Source: Podarcis filfolensis (Eukaryota). From it: a stretch of 64,000 nucleotides of DNA. Position 1 is the stretch's first letter. Every line of letters begins with the position of its first letter. This document shows, one piece after another, positions 12,992-24,933 of this stretch. The stretch is taken from assembly GCA_964270895.1 (NCBI GenBank), contig OZ185440.1. One strand, written 5' to 3'. A model generated the notes under the pieces. It was given only the letters and a program-made list of their open reading frames with translations. It was not told the DNA's origin and made no database searches. A program made the translations under genes and the position numbers.

Positions 12992-15974
12992 CTGGAACAG
13001 AACAAAGAGAAAAGCCCAGCCGTTAAGGGAGTGCTACTGTACAGTTCCAGAGAACAGACACTCCCTAAACATTACAAGAGAGTTACATTAACAGGAGAGA
13101 TGGGTAAGAAAGCTAAAAGCACAAATGCCAGATGTTACGTCTCCACTGAAATATGGGTGTAATATTTATGAAGGATTCGTTCCACCATTGTAGCTAATAT
13201 ACAAAATTGCCCAGAAACTGCATGATCTCCAGATAAGTCTGTGCCAGGTTTGATTTTATCTCGAGATCAACAACACTTAAGCAGGCTGCACTTAGTTGAG
13301 CCATGTTGGCATTTTATACTGACGTATTCAAGTCTACTCCACAATGGTCAGTATATTCCCTGTATATCACACTCTCATTATATGCTAGGCCACAGCATGA
13401 GGCTGCAGAATGATAGATGCAATTACAAGGGGACAAAGCACAGGTTCTGTTTTGTGCAATCATTTCTAAAGCAACTGAAGAAGAAAAAAGAAATGCACCC
13501 ACCCTTATTTTACATCTGCTGTAATGTAAGGCAAAGGTGAAATAGGAATGTGGGGGTCTTAACTAAAATGGAGACCCTTTGCCAATCTGGTTGAAATTTG
13601 GCAGGTCTTATAACCTTGGGGGGGGATAGCTGAATGTCCCTGTCATGCCATTCAAATAGAAAACCCCAAATTTACAAGCTGGAGATGTGTGGTTTATTCT
13701 CTCATTAAAGGGAGTGGGAAAATGAAAAGGCAGCAAGCAGAGGTAAGAACCAAAGTGGACGGGTGTTAACCCAAAACTTCCATCTATATCCTTCACATGC
13801 TCCAAGGCAGGGGCAGATGATGCATCTCTTGTGCCTCTTAGCCCAGTCCTAGTTCTCTTCCCTACCCTGTTTCTCTGCCTACTGTGGAGTAAAATCAGAA
13901 TCATAGCAAGAAGGGGAAAGGACAGGCAAAGCAGTCGGTGGAGGAACATGCAGGGTCTCAAACTTTAGAGGGGCAGACAGGATCTCAAGGTTGATGATAC
14001 TGCCCTAAGGGAAACTTGGTTTAATTTCACACATCATCAGTTTACTTAATTCAGAAAGAAATAAAAGAAATTGTGGTGATTATCATCATGCTTGCTTCTA
14101 ATGACAAACAGTGTCACTTTGGGTGATAAAACTGGATGGAGGTGGAAGCAGGAAAACATGGCCAAGGGTAGTGATGCTGATTTGCCCTGCGCTGATGTGC
14201 AGACCGTAATGGGGTGAAGGTGGCTGTAAAGACTTCCGGAAATGAAAGGTAAGAGGCGCCTTTAGCTTCTCTGACAAATGACAAGCATGAAGGAGGGGCA
14301 GAGGAGAGAAAACCACAGTGGGTGGTGGTGGTGAGAGGGGAAAGAACTATAAGTCTCTTTCTCTCTGTGTGTGTATTTGTGAGGTCCTCATTGTCATCTA
14401 GTTACACATGCCTCTCTTACCATCTGTTCTTCTTCAACCCCATTCTCCCCCCCCCCTCATATTATACCTGCCTGTTTTCTTCCAGACTTAAGACAACCCT
14501 CCATCCCCCCAAAATTACACTTCCTGATCAATCAGATGTGTTCCACAGCCTGTGAAGCCCATTCCTTCCCCTCAGCTCATCATTTTCAGTCTGAAAAAAT
14601 ATGCAAGGATCTTATTCACTTTGCAGCAGAAGAGAGATAAAAGCTAAAAATACATACTATAAACTGCATACTTTGGGATTTCATACACATTTATGAAAAC
14701 AAAAACGCCACTTGCTCCTGTTCTTTTCAGCAAGAGGAACTCAGAACCTTTCACATGCATCGTTGCCACCACTCCATGAAAGGTATCCTGGATCTAAGGC
14801 AAACTGGAGGAACCAGACAGACCTTTACTTAATGAGACGAACCAGCAATGGTAATAATCTGCCCCTCTGCTTCTACAACTGTGCTTAGAAGTTTGATGAA
14901 TAATTTAAGTGATATGAGAAGTAGGTTACATTTGCAAGTTGCACAAACACTTTTCAGCACCATGGTGTTGAGTTTTTTAGCAAAAAACACTCTTTAAAGG
15001 ACGTCTCCTGCCTGACGAGTCTCAGCTAGCTTATCTTCAGCATCAAAATGATTAAAGCACCAGGCAGGAAAACAAGGTGGCAGTCCTTGGCTCCGCTCAT
15101 CAGGGCATTTGAGGCCAATGGACAGACTTAAAGCCCCAGAGCTTGTAAAGCAGAGCTAACACACTGTACCCCTTCAAATCCAGGCTTCACAAAATACCCT
15201 CACTAAAACAGTTTTAGGCTTAACATCCATTTTCCTATCAGGATTAAAAAGTACAAGTAATCTCAAAACAGGAATGACTCAACTCCAGGTGACTGGGCTA
15301 TGGCAGAGATCAGCTAGTGCTACTGTGGCAGCTAGGACAGTTATCTAAATTGAGGTCAAGGTGGTATGTTGGCTTCCAATCTTCACTAATGGACCAGAAC
15401 AGAGACTCCTGTTCTACTGACAACATAGAAAGCTACAGTACAGGCCTATCTTTGTAGAGTGCAATGTGTGAGAGGAGTCAGGAGTCAGCCCTGCCCAGAC
15501 CGCAGACCTGGATTCTTCAAAAGAGGACCAGCATCTTTCAGAAGATCTCCACATTGCCAGTGACCATGAAGAGCCATTGGCTCTGGATATCCCTGCCTCA
15601 GAACTGGAGGCCCCCACACCAGTTCCCTTCTAAGCCTTCCTGACCTGGGGAGACAGACACAGGGGCAGGTTTGCATTGCCTCCTATTAACAGACTAGCAG
15701 CAAGGAAGAATATAGGCACACCACATGAATTTTCCAAGATGCATGGTTTCTAATTAAATGCACTGGCAGGCTGCTCCAAAACAAAAGGTAAGGGTTAGGT
15801 TCCTCCTCCGCGTCACCTTACTCATATGCAGACATTAGCACACCCACATTACACACAGTATCTTTAAAAAGGCTTTGCACCTTTGTGCTAATTATGTGAA
15901 TGTGGGATCACTGTCAGTGCAGAAGAGAACACAGGAGAGAGGCACTGAAAGCCAACGTGGTTAAAAATCCAACC

Positions 15975-16125
15975 AGGAACAGGGAAATCCAGGTCCAAAG
16001 TCACACTTAGCCATGAAGCTCCCTGGGTGGACCTTGCACAAGTCACTGTCTTGACCTTAAGGGATAGCTGGGTAAAATGGGGGTGGACAGCCATGTATGC
16101 CAACCTAAGCTCCTTGGGGAAAGGG
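15975..16125 (+). mobile_element. Degraded Squam3/MIR-type SINE
   Basis: CCATGAAGCTCCCTGGGTGGACCTTG..GGGTAAAATGGGG..CCATGTATGCCAACCTAAGCTCCTTGG resembles the 24711 copy. Confidence 0.5.
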
Positions 16126-16506
16126 TGGGGTGCAGATGCAATTAAGTAGAAAGAATTTTGGTGAGTGTAGATTTGAAGCTTTACATTCCAGCTGAAAAGC
16201 AAGTCAGGCAAAACAGCCCTCTTAAGCTTCATGTTCTGAAAGGAACAACCAAAACTCCAGGATAGTGACAAGGAATTTGAGAGGTATTATTGTTAGAGGA
16301 ATATTGCATTTGAGGAGATGTGTTTCTGCAGGGAGGACACAAACACAGCTGGAGAAACTTCATTTAAGGTGGTCATGTAAGGAAAAGAAAAATCTGTACA
16401 GATTCACTAGACCTTAACAACCCTGCTTCATGATTTATATGCTTAATTCCTTGATCGAATGCTTGTTTGAAGTTGATCTGTAAGTTTGTAGCATCTTAGT
16501 TCACTC

Positions 16507-18420
16507 TTGATTCATCCAAATAAGTTGTCTATAGCCTCGTCCTCCAAAGCCACCTCCCATTCCTCCTGCATCCCTCACCTCCAGCAGACAATGACCCACC
16601 AACAGTGCAGTATCCCCAAGACGAAGCCTGCTGTCACTGCTGATCACCCCTTTCCACTCCCTGCTGCTGCCCTCCAAAGACAAATCCTTAGCATTGGAGA
16701 GGGTACTGCCCCCATGATTCACCCCAACATTCCCTGGATTGGGCCTGCCCCCTCCCAAGCTGCTAGGAGTTTCATTGTTCTCTCACTCCCATATGAGGGT
16801 CATCCTCTCCTCAGTCTCCTATGGTCCAGGTCCATAGGTGGCATTAAGTGCTGGTCTGGGTCTGTTGGGTGGTTGAGACAGTGGCATCTCAGGATCTTGT
16901 GCAGACCTACCCTGTTGAATGGCAGCCACAGTGCCCAGCAAGGCAGCAAGGGGGAGGCCAACCACCATGTCCATGAGGGCTACTGGGCCTCAGAGGCACA
17001 GCATGCATGTGAGCAGAAGACAGCTCAAGTGCTGTCCATGGTGCTGATCTTTGTGCCTGGCAACTCTCCCGAGACATACTCACTGAAACCAGAGTGCAGA
17101 AAGGATGCAACTCATCCACAAAGAGAATGCACACCCATCTCTGGGATACATTGGGTAGAGGCTGAGCTGGTTGGACAGCCTCCATAGCCACAGCCACAGC
17201 CACAGCCACACCTTCCTCCACTGGTGCTGGCACTGCACCACCACCTCCCCTGCAAGATCCCTGGGAATCGAGGCCACTGATACATTACCGACATCACTCT
17301 GGCTGTTGTCCATGTCTTTGATGGGGTATGGGCAAGGATCTTCTTACCTGCCCCCAAGGCTTTGTTTAAAGCCTCCATTAATATCGCACCAGAGCAGATT
17401 AGTTCCCAGGCTCATTTCCTGATGGCACCAAAGGTGTCATTCCATTGCTTGCAGGTGGAACCTGTCATGCAATGTTGGAGGCAGAGGGAGCCAATCCTCT
17501 CAAATGCACTTATGTGCCACTTTCTCTGTAACTCCAGATAGGCAAAATTATAGGGCACACTGTACCACCCATGTGGTGATCAAATGGGTGTTCAAAAAGC
17601 TGAAGATGAGACACTGGTGCTTCCATGACTTGATCCCATAAGAAAGTCACCAAAGCAGTGCAACCCATCACAAGCTGCCCATGGTAGAAGATGTTGCTGG
17701 GCAGAAACCCCTGGCAGGGTATGGAATGGGAGGATGATGGAGGCTGCACAGGCAAGTGATTTTTCAGCCCAGAACATCAGCAAATCCTGCGGAATTCTGC
17801 AGCCTTCTGAATGCACACCCAGCTATCAATCACTGTGGCTTTCCACCACTTCTCCTTTCTTCCTGTGGCTGGGCCCCTCCCAGCAACTCTTCCTTCCCTC
17901 CTCCAGCTACTTGCTCCCACCACAGTTCCACATCTTTCATCCCTTTATTAGCTCCTCTGTCTGCCCCATCAGCTGCTGTTTCCTAATGCTTGGTGCCCCT
18001 CTGGCACCCACCAGAACACTTACTCCCCTGGATGTGAACCCACTCATTACCCCCACTAACATAGAGGTCTGCTCCCTGCAGTTTGCTGTGTTGGTTTTCC
18101 TCCTTCCCATTACCTCTGGATTTGGTTTCTCTCCTAGCACTATTGAGCTTGGGTCCCTGCCTTCATCCCAGGTTGGTGTTTTTCCCCTCCCTTTCCACCA
18201 CACCTCCTGTCTCTATTGCTGAGGGTAATCCTGCCCCCAGTTTTGGGGTTCTCCACAAGGTTAGCTGCTGGTGGGTGCATTTTCACCTGCCCAGCAATCT
18301 GTGGGTGGGCAGATGTATTTCTGCTGGTGTGGAGTCCCCCCCCCCAAGCAATATAGGCAGTTTTTCACTGGGGGAGGCCTACTTATGTCTCATCCAAACC
18401 TTTCCCAGTCAGGGAGATAT
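16507..18420. mobile_element. Probable decayed PIF/Harbinger autonomous element (transposase relic on +, Myb/SANT-like relic on -)
   Basis: + strand 17540-17632 reads QNYRAHCTTHVVIKWVFKKLKMRHWCFHDL, preceded across a frameshift by AEGANPLK, resembling the DDE_Tnp_4 motif GDxAYPL..YNxAHxxTRxVIExxFGxLKxRWRCL. - strand 18170-17976 can be threaded (with frameshifts) as WDEAGTQALIVLGE..N..CRE..S.L..GF..C..TK.LRKQ. Boundaries are uncertain and no TIRs were found. Confidence 0.5.
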
Positions 18421-20670
18421 ATAGTGGTCTGGACTGCTTGAGCAGAGATCTCAGAGCAGAACGTAAAACAAGGCATGTCAAGAGAAATTAAAATAACTGA
18501 CAACAAATCTTCTCTATATACTATTTGACTAATAGTATTCTTCATAATTAAAAAGATGCAAACTAGAAGTGACAGGCGAAATTGGGGAAAAAATAATGTG
18601 CTCATTAAAATTGAATGGAGATTCATATTAAAAACCTGCAGTAGAAGTTATTTTTCCATCTTCTTTTACTGCTAAGAAGGAAAAACTGAAATTTCAAAGA
18701 TGGCCTTTAAATGAAAGAAATAATACACAGCTCCCCTGGCACACATTTGCCTTTACATAAAGGCATCTAATGTTAAAATTATTCCTTTTCCTTTAGCACT
18801 TTGTACCCATTTTGCAAAATATTGATTTCCTACCCCCTATAGTTTTGTCACTTCCAAGGGGGAGAAATTAGAATAGAAAATAAAGCTATTAAATACTGGT
18901 TTGAACTGATTTTACAAACTAACCACATTACAATACTTTAGGAAATTACTGAAAAATAATATGCTGGTACGTTTCTGCAGTGAAGTCTGTTTAATTTTAA
19001 ATGTTTTTAAAAACCCAATACTGCTGTGCACTATTCCTGGGGCTATAATTCATAAAGCAATAAAAATGTCAGAATCTAGTAATGTACTTTTTTATTTAGA
19101 AATTAAGTGGCTGTCTGTTTTGTAAGCAAACAAATCCCTGGACTTAAAAATGAGAAAGTCACAATATCTGTTCCCTAGGTAAAAATTAGCAGGTCAAAAT
19201 AACCCAGTGGGAGCAATGACAGAATCTGCTATTGCAATTAAAACTTAATCAACTGTCTGTATCTTACCACTGTGTGACCATACCAGTCAGGAACCTGGGC
19301 TTTCCTTTTAAAAACCAAACCAAAGTGAGAGTCTAGTCTATATGGCTGCAAAATGAGTGAAATCTCAGGTGCAAAGGGGAAACAGAATTTCAGCTGGCAG
19401 GAAATGGGGATTCAATGCATTATATATCCTCTTTGTCTCTTATGATTAGGGGAAGCAAACTGAATTATGCACAGTAAGTAAATATATGCAAAATGTATTT
19501 AATTTACTTAACCCTGGTGAAGAATTCTGGTCACATTGGGAGAATTTACACGCTCTCACTCACACACAGAGTGCCAAATGTCAGAAATGCTAGGGTGCTG
19601 GTGCACATGAACTTACCATTTCATCTATATACCAGGGCTGGCCCACCTATGAGGTAAGGTGAGGAAGCCACCTCAGGCAGCAAGATCCACAAATGCAGCA
19701 AATCCGGTCTCAAAAAATTGCATTGTCCATTGCTGCTGCCATGGGGGCAGCAACAGCTATGACAGGCTACTTGGATGCTGGATCTGCATCCTCCTCCTCC
19801 TCCTCAGCAGCACCACCATACTGCCTCCACTGCATGCTCTCAGCAAATAGGAGGTGCTGTTGGTGCCCTCCCATCCCTAGGAAGAAAATGACAGGGACTG
19901 CCCTTTGGGATCTCCTGGCTCTGTACTGGCCCAATGTGATTCAGAGTGGGCCTCCTTCCTCATGCAAGACCCCTCCCCCTCCCCTGCTGTAGACAATCAC
20001 TCACCCCCTTGTTCCCTGGCATGGGGGAGCACCATTTTGTGGTTCACCTCCGATGCCAAAACGCCTTGGGCCAGGCCTACTATAGACACAGTGCAGCAAC
20101 TGATCAAACTTAGGGAAGAGAGTATTTCCCTTTTCCATCCCATCCCATCGCTATTCTCTGGGGTTGCTCTGTTCCACATCCTGCTTTGCCTGCCTTTTGG
20201 TTTGGCTTGGAGAATTCTAAAGTTAGTTTTTTACTTGGCACATTGCTCAATTTGCCGTTCATGGCTCTTCCTCCCCCCCTCCCCCTTAAAGTGACTAATG
20301 CACACCAGCACATATACATATTAAATCATAGTTTAAAATTGAACCTTGATGCAACCACATCAGGATTCCTTTTTTGCACAGAGATTTAATCCATATGCAT
20401 ACATGCTGATGTGAATCACCTAGCTGTGAGGAGGGAGGGGAAGCTACAATTGAGAATGGCATCAACTGAGCACGTGCAGCAGTCTGGAAATCAAAGGCAG
20501 GAGACTAGCAAGATACTGCTCCAAAAACAAGACTGGGTAATTCAGACCCTCAGGATCTGTGGAGAGATTCACAAGCACCCCCACTTAAACAACGTGTTTA
20601 GCTTTTAGAATCAGCAGTCTATGTGATAATGATGTGCTCTAGCAGAAATGAAAGCAACAAGCTCACTCAC

Positions 20671-20863
20671 ATGCTGCAGTTTCCCAAGGACTCTGAGTAG
20701 CTGTAATCAATTTCAAGGTTGGTTGCTTTGTTGTCAAAACCATGGGGCAGCTCATCCCACTCGTCGAACCTGATGCCAGTGCCCAGAGAATATGTGCCCT
20801 CTGCACACGGCATGCATGACTGGTTCTTCATGTCCAAGAATTCGCCAGCTTTGCAGGAAAATG
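20671..20863 (-). CDS. ELAPOR1: ELAPOR1 coding exon 3 (193 nt)
   Basis: [43 protein letters not shown]...GNCS; cag/gtgagt boundaries; phase-consistent. Confidence 0.97.
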
Positions 20864-21942
20864 CTGAAATGCGGAAGAGAAAAACTGATCAGGGGAAAAG
20901 GACAAATGAAAACCAAACAGAGACTTCCTTGAGTGATTTCTAGCATTTATATAACATGCTGCCCCAATGCATTTGCCCTGGCCAGACTGAACTGTGGGGA
21001 TCTGTGGGTTGCCACTTAATAAGAATCACAAGTTGGGAGAGTCCTACTGTGCTCATGTCCTTCTTCTGTTTCCCATACGCATCCAGTTCACCACTGGTGT
21101 AGCTTCTTATACAATTTCAAACCACAGTTCCCTACAACATCCAGACTCCAAGAATTGTGGTTTGCTTAAAACTCATTGAATGAGAACAAACCAAGATGTA
21201 ACTATGGTTCCTAATCCTGGTTTGCTCATTAACTAGTCATAGGATCTGGCCCCTGTGGGAATCCGTGGGGCTTTGGATCCAACAGACTCACAGCTTCTAG
21301 TGCCCTGCAATGTCCCATTTCAAGGCTTTCTGTGGTTTACTGCCAATGGGAAAACCCACCAGCAGAAGCTTCCCACTTGTCAGAGAGAAGCTCAGGACCT
21401 CTGGCATAGCAGAGCACCATCAGCAATGGAGAGGCAATACTGCACCATCCTCCCACTCCCCCAGCCATTAACATTGGGGGGGGTGTCCAAATTTGTATCT
21501 AAGTGCATCATTACAAAATTTCAGCAACATGTCAATTTCAAGTCACGTATGCCAATGCTAACTTTGTGTGTGGGAAGTTAACATGCACAAAATACAGGCA
21601 ACTCTCCTGTGTGGGGGTTGCGTTCCAGGTCATTGCACGTGTCAGCAGTCGCAAGTAAGCCTGTTCCATCCCCTCCTGGGGCCAAAAGCAACACAGGCAT
21701 TGGTGGTTGCACGGCAATCAGATGCACGAAAAATGGTCACCGCCTGCATTCAAGGATATTCTAAGCATGAAATTGGTATCTCTCTCTTCTGAATGTTCAA
21801 CTATTAACAGGAGTAGACCTCATTTTAACACACTGCATGATGTGACATCTCGTGCCCCACGGCTCAACGTGGCTCTGGAGCCTCCAGTTGGCTGGAATAA
21901 ACCATGTAAAGGAAAGGTGTGGTGACAGCAGTCATAGCTTAC

Positions 21943-22063
21943 AGCATTTTGTGCCTTTGATGGGGTCTGGCAAGCCGGTGCAGAGTCCTGGGTTGTGCGG
22001 CACAGCTACTCTCCATCTGGAGCCTTGGCTGTTACATGCTGTGTATTCATAATGGTATTCAGA
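21943..22063 (-). CDS. ELAPOR1: ELAPOR1 coding exon 2 (121 nt)
   Basis: [40 protein letters not shown]; AG/GT boundaries; sequence resembles ELAPOR1 rather than ELAPOR2. Confidence 0.97.
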
Positions 22064-23764
22064 CTGAAAGAGAAAGTGCAGGGGTGAAATAACACCGTGT
22101 GCATTTAGCACCAATGATAGATGCTTTCCCACTTATTATAGAAGATTGGCTCTCCACAGGACATCAGGTTATTATGCTCAGAGCTGCAGAATTTTGCACA
22201 ATAGGAACATGTAAACTAGATTTGGTGGCCCCAACATTAAGGTAGTACACTAAACGTGCCACGGGCTGGTCTATCCTATAGACACATGCAATTCTATTCT
22301 CTAGAGCATCTACTTCTAATTTATACTAACTGAGAGAATAAACTGGACTTTTATAATAAGTCCTATGCATATGCCTACAAATTCCAGAATCAAGGCAGTT
22401 TTGAATAACTGTTCTGTTGATAACAAGCCAGACCTTAAAGCAGATGAGATTCCATTTACTAAGCACAAGCCCATTTCCAGAGAAGGTGTTTATGCCACTA
22501 GAAAGAAACTGTGCTGGTACTGTAGTTGTGCAGAGTATGAACAAATGTTATCCAAATCCATAGTAGAGCCAGGGTACATGAGAGCTCCAGTTACCTTACT
22601 ACGTGCAGCAAAATCCCATTTCCCCAACTCCTGGCACAGGTCTACATGTTAGGAGAAAAAACACAGGATTCACAACCCCATGTTTTCTTTAGAAGGGAAA
22701 TGCTAGCTGGGTGGCATTTTCAAGCGAGAGAAAATAGGGAGTGCTCTTCCTATACCTATTGATTTGGCTTTGCAAAACATGAGATCACACACAAAGCCTG
22801 GTGCAGGGAAGGCATCCTTCGCTCCCTGCATCATTTCTGAGTTATGCAGAGCAAGGTGGTAGAATCCAGGGGCAGGGATTGTTGTGGTTGCTGTTGTAGT
22901 TGTGGTTGTTGTTGATTTTATGAAGCATATTTATTCAGAACTGCTCTAAATTCTCAGGGCTCCTCTAGATTCTAAATATTTAGCAAACAAAGCTATGTTT
23001 ATCCTAGCATTATTAGGGATTAGTGTAACAAAACTGGTTGTTCATTAAACAGGTTCCTGGAGAAACCCGGATATAAAGTGTTGCCTAAAAGGCAAAACAA
23101 TATTTCTTTAGTTCTCTAAACAGATGGAGTACTGGAGTATTTGACCAGGGCCAGAGAGAACGGTTCTGGAAATGAGCCAAGTCCACCAATTCTCTCATGA
23201 GTCACCTGACCAAGTAATGCGCTCTCTGTTTCTTTGCGATGAAGGCATACAGGGCTGTTCTACATATTTATTCTGAGGCTGATCTACCGGTATATATTTA
23301 TTTTGGCATTTCCTACTTGCTATGATGTAGCCATTCTCATTTTAGTAGAAAATGCAAACGTTATATTTTTAATCTGTTTAATGGACTCTGTGTTCATTCT
23401 ATACATTTCATATGTACCATATTCAGTTCTGCTGTTAGCCGCTAATATTAACTAACTTAATAAAGATTAATCAATCCTACTGGGCAACTGCTCTTCTTCC
23501 TCTCTTAACAGCGACTCTCCTTTTTGTGTCCAGCTTCAAACAGTAAATATACCTAATTTTCATTTATAAAAAGCAAAAGTTATTCCTTCAGAGGTAGTAA
23601 GATGCATTAAAATGTGTGGTATGTAGTACACAGCCTTAGCCTTGGTTTTCTGTTTGGTGCCAGGTGAGGACCTTTTTATTTGCCCAGGTCTTTCGGCTTG
23701 TTTGCGTTTCATCATGCTGGAATGTTGCCTTCTTTATTGGCAACATATTGTACAGTTTGATATT

Positions 23765-23908
23765 CACAGAATCGTAGACTTGTAGAGATGGAAGGGACCC
23801 TGAGGGTCACCTTGTCCAACCCCCTGTGATGCAGGAATCTTTTGCCCAATGTGGGGCTCGAACCCACAACTCTGAGGTTAAGTCGCATGCTCTACTGGCT
23901 GAGCTATC
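23765..23908 (-). mobile_element. tRNA(Lys)-derived SINE with CR1-type tail, nested in an L2-like 3' fragment
   Basis: Reverse-complement copy of the 9680 family; flanked by L2-like tail sequence (~23640-24000). Confidence 0.7.
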
Positions 23909-24710
23909 ACACTGTCATTGTATATTATTGTTTTAATTCTTATGAGCTGCTCTGAGAGCCTTGGCCGAAGAGCAGCCAACACGCAAACAAATCAAATAAA
24001 TCAAAAATCCTTCCCATAAAAACAATCTTGACTTTTGCTTGGGACAAAAATACAGCAAACTACCTTGTTTAGGATCTATCTTGCTTCAGAATCTAGATGC
24101 CGTAAGAGAGAAGCTTGTTCTGCTCCCCGACAAGAACAAAGGCCTGCTTGCAAATGCATTGCTAACTTTCTTAGGAACAAATGTAATTAATATCATACAT
24201 TTGCTTAATAGCAAATGCAATCTCCAGCTAAGTCCCCGAGTGGCTAGGTTAACATGCTTTTTATATGTTTTTCTTACAAAAAACTCTTTATAATGTGTTC
24301 TATTGTCCCTAAAAGGGCTGGCCCAAGACATTTTGATGCCTGGGGTAAAAGGCACTCTGGTGCTGTCCATTCTATGTAGAGAAGCCAACTGGACCATCTG
24401 TTGAATCTTACTTCAACACTAGCAAAGATGGCGCACTCCACCACATCCCATGGGGCATGCAGGGTAGACCATGTGGTGCACACCTACCTCTATCCTCCAG
24501 CTTCTCGCTGCCACACCACCACCCACACAGCATGTGCTACCTGAGGCGGCTGCCTCACTCTGCCTAACGTCAGATTCTGGTCCCCAACTACCTTCCTTGT
24601 GATCTAATGCTACTCATTTCATTTGTAGCTGCATTCTTCTAAAAGCTACAGCGAGCCAGAAAATCTCATTCTGGCTTGGGATTGCATTATTTGGATACAG
24701 CAATATTTAT

Positions 24711-24933
24711 GAGCCAATGTAGTGTAGTCGAGAGAGCGTTGCACGAAAACCGGGGAAATCAGGGTTAAAATATGCCCCCCCTCCCAGCTATGAAGCTCAC
24801 TGGGTGCTGACCTTGGGGTCAGTCGCTGCCTAACCTACCTCACAGGGTTGCTGTGAGGATAAAATGAGGGAGGAGAACTATGTACAGCACCTTCCACTCT
24901 TTGGACTGTTGGGATATAAATGTAAAAAAATAA
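24711..24933 (+). mobile_element. Squam3/MIR-type (CORE) SINE
   Basis: GAGCCAATGTAGTGTAGT head, CTAACCTACCTCACAGGGTTGCTGTGAGGATAAAATG core, GGGATATAAATG tail. Confidence 0.7.

Noticed and set aside
14731-14782. Exon-like segment on the + strand (ttttcag ... gtatcc) suggesting a nested antisense gene
   Set aside because: No partner exons or recognisable peptide found.
15445-15640. Acidic peptide-like frame (EESGVSPAQTADLDSSKEDQHLSED...)
   Set aside because: Short, antisense to ELAPOR1, no recognisable family; possibly an LTR or repeat fragment but unsupported.
16507-17187. 226-aa + strand ORF as a nested functional gene
   Set aside because: Starts at a non-ATG codon, no splice or promoter support; better explained as part of the decayed Harbinger-like block.
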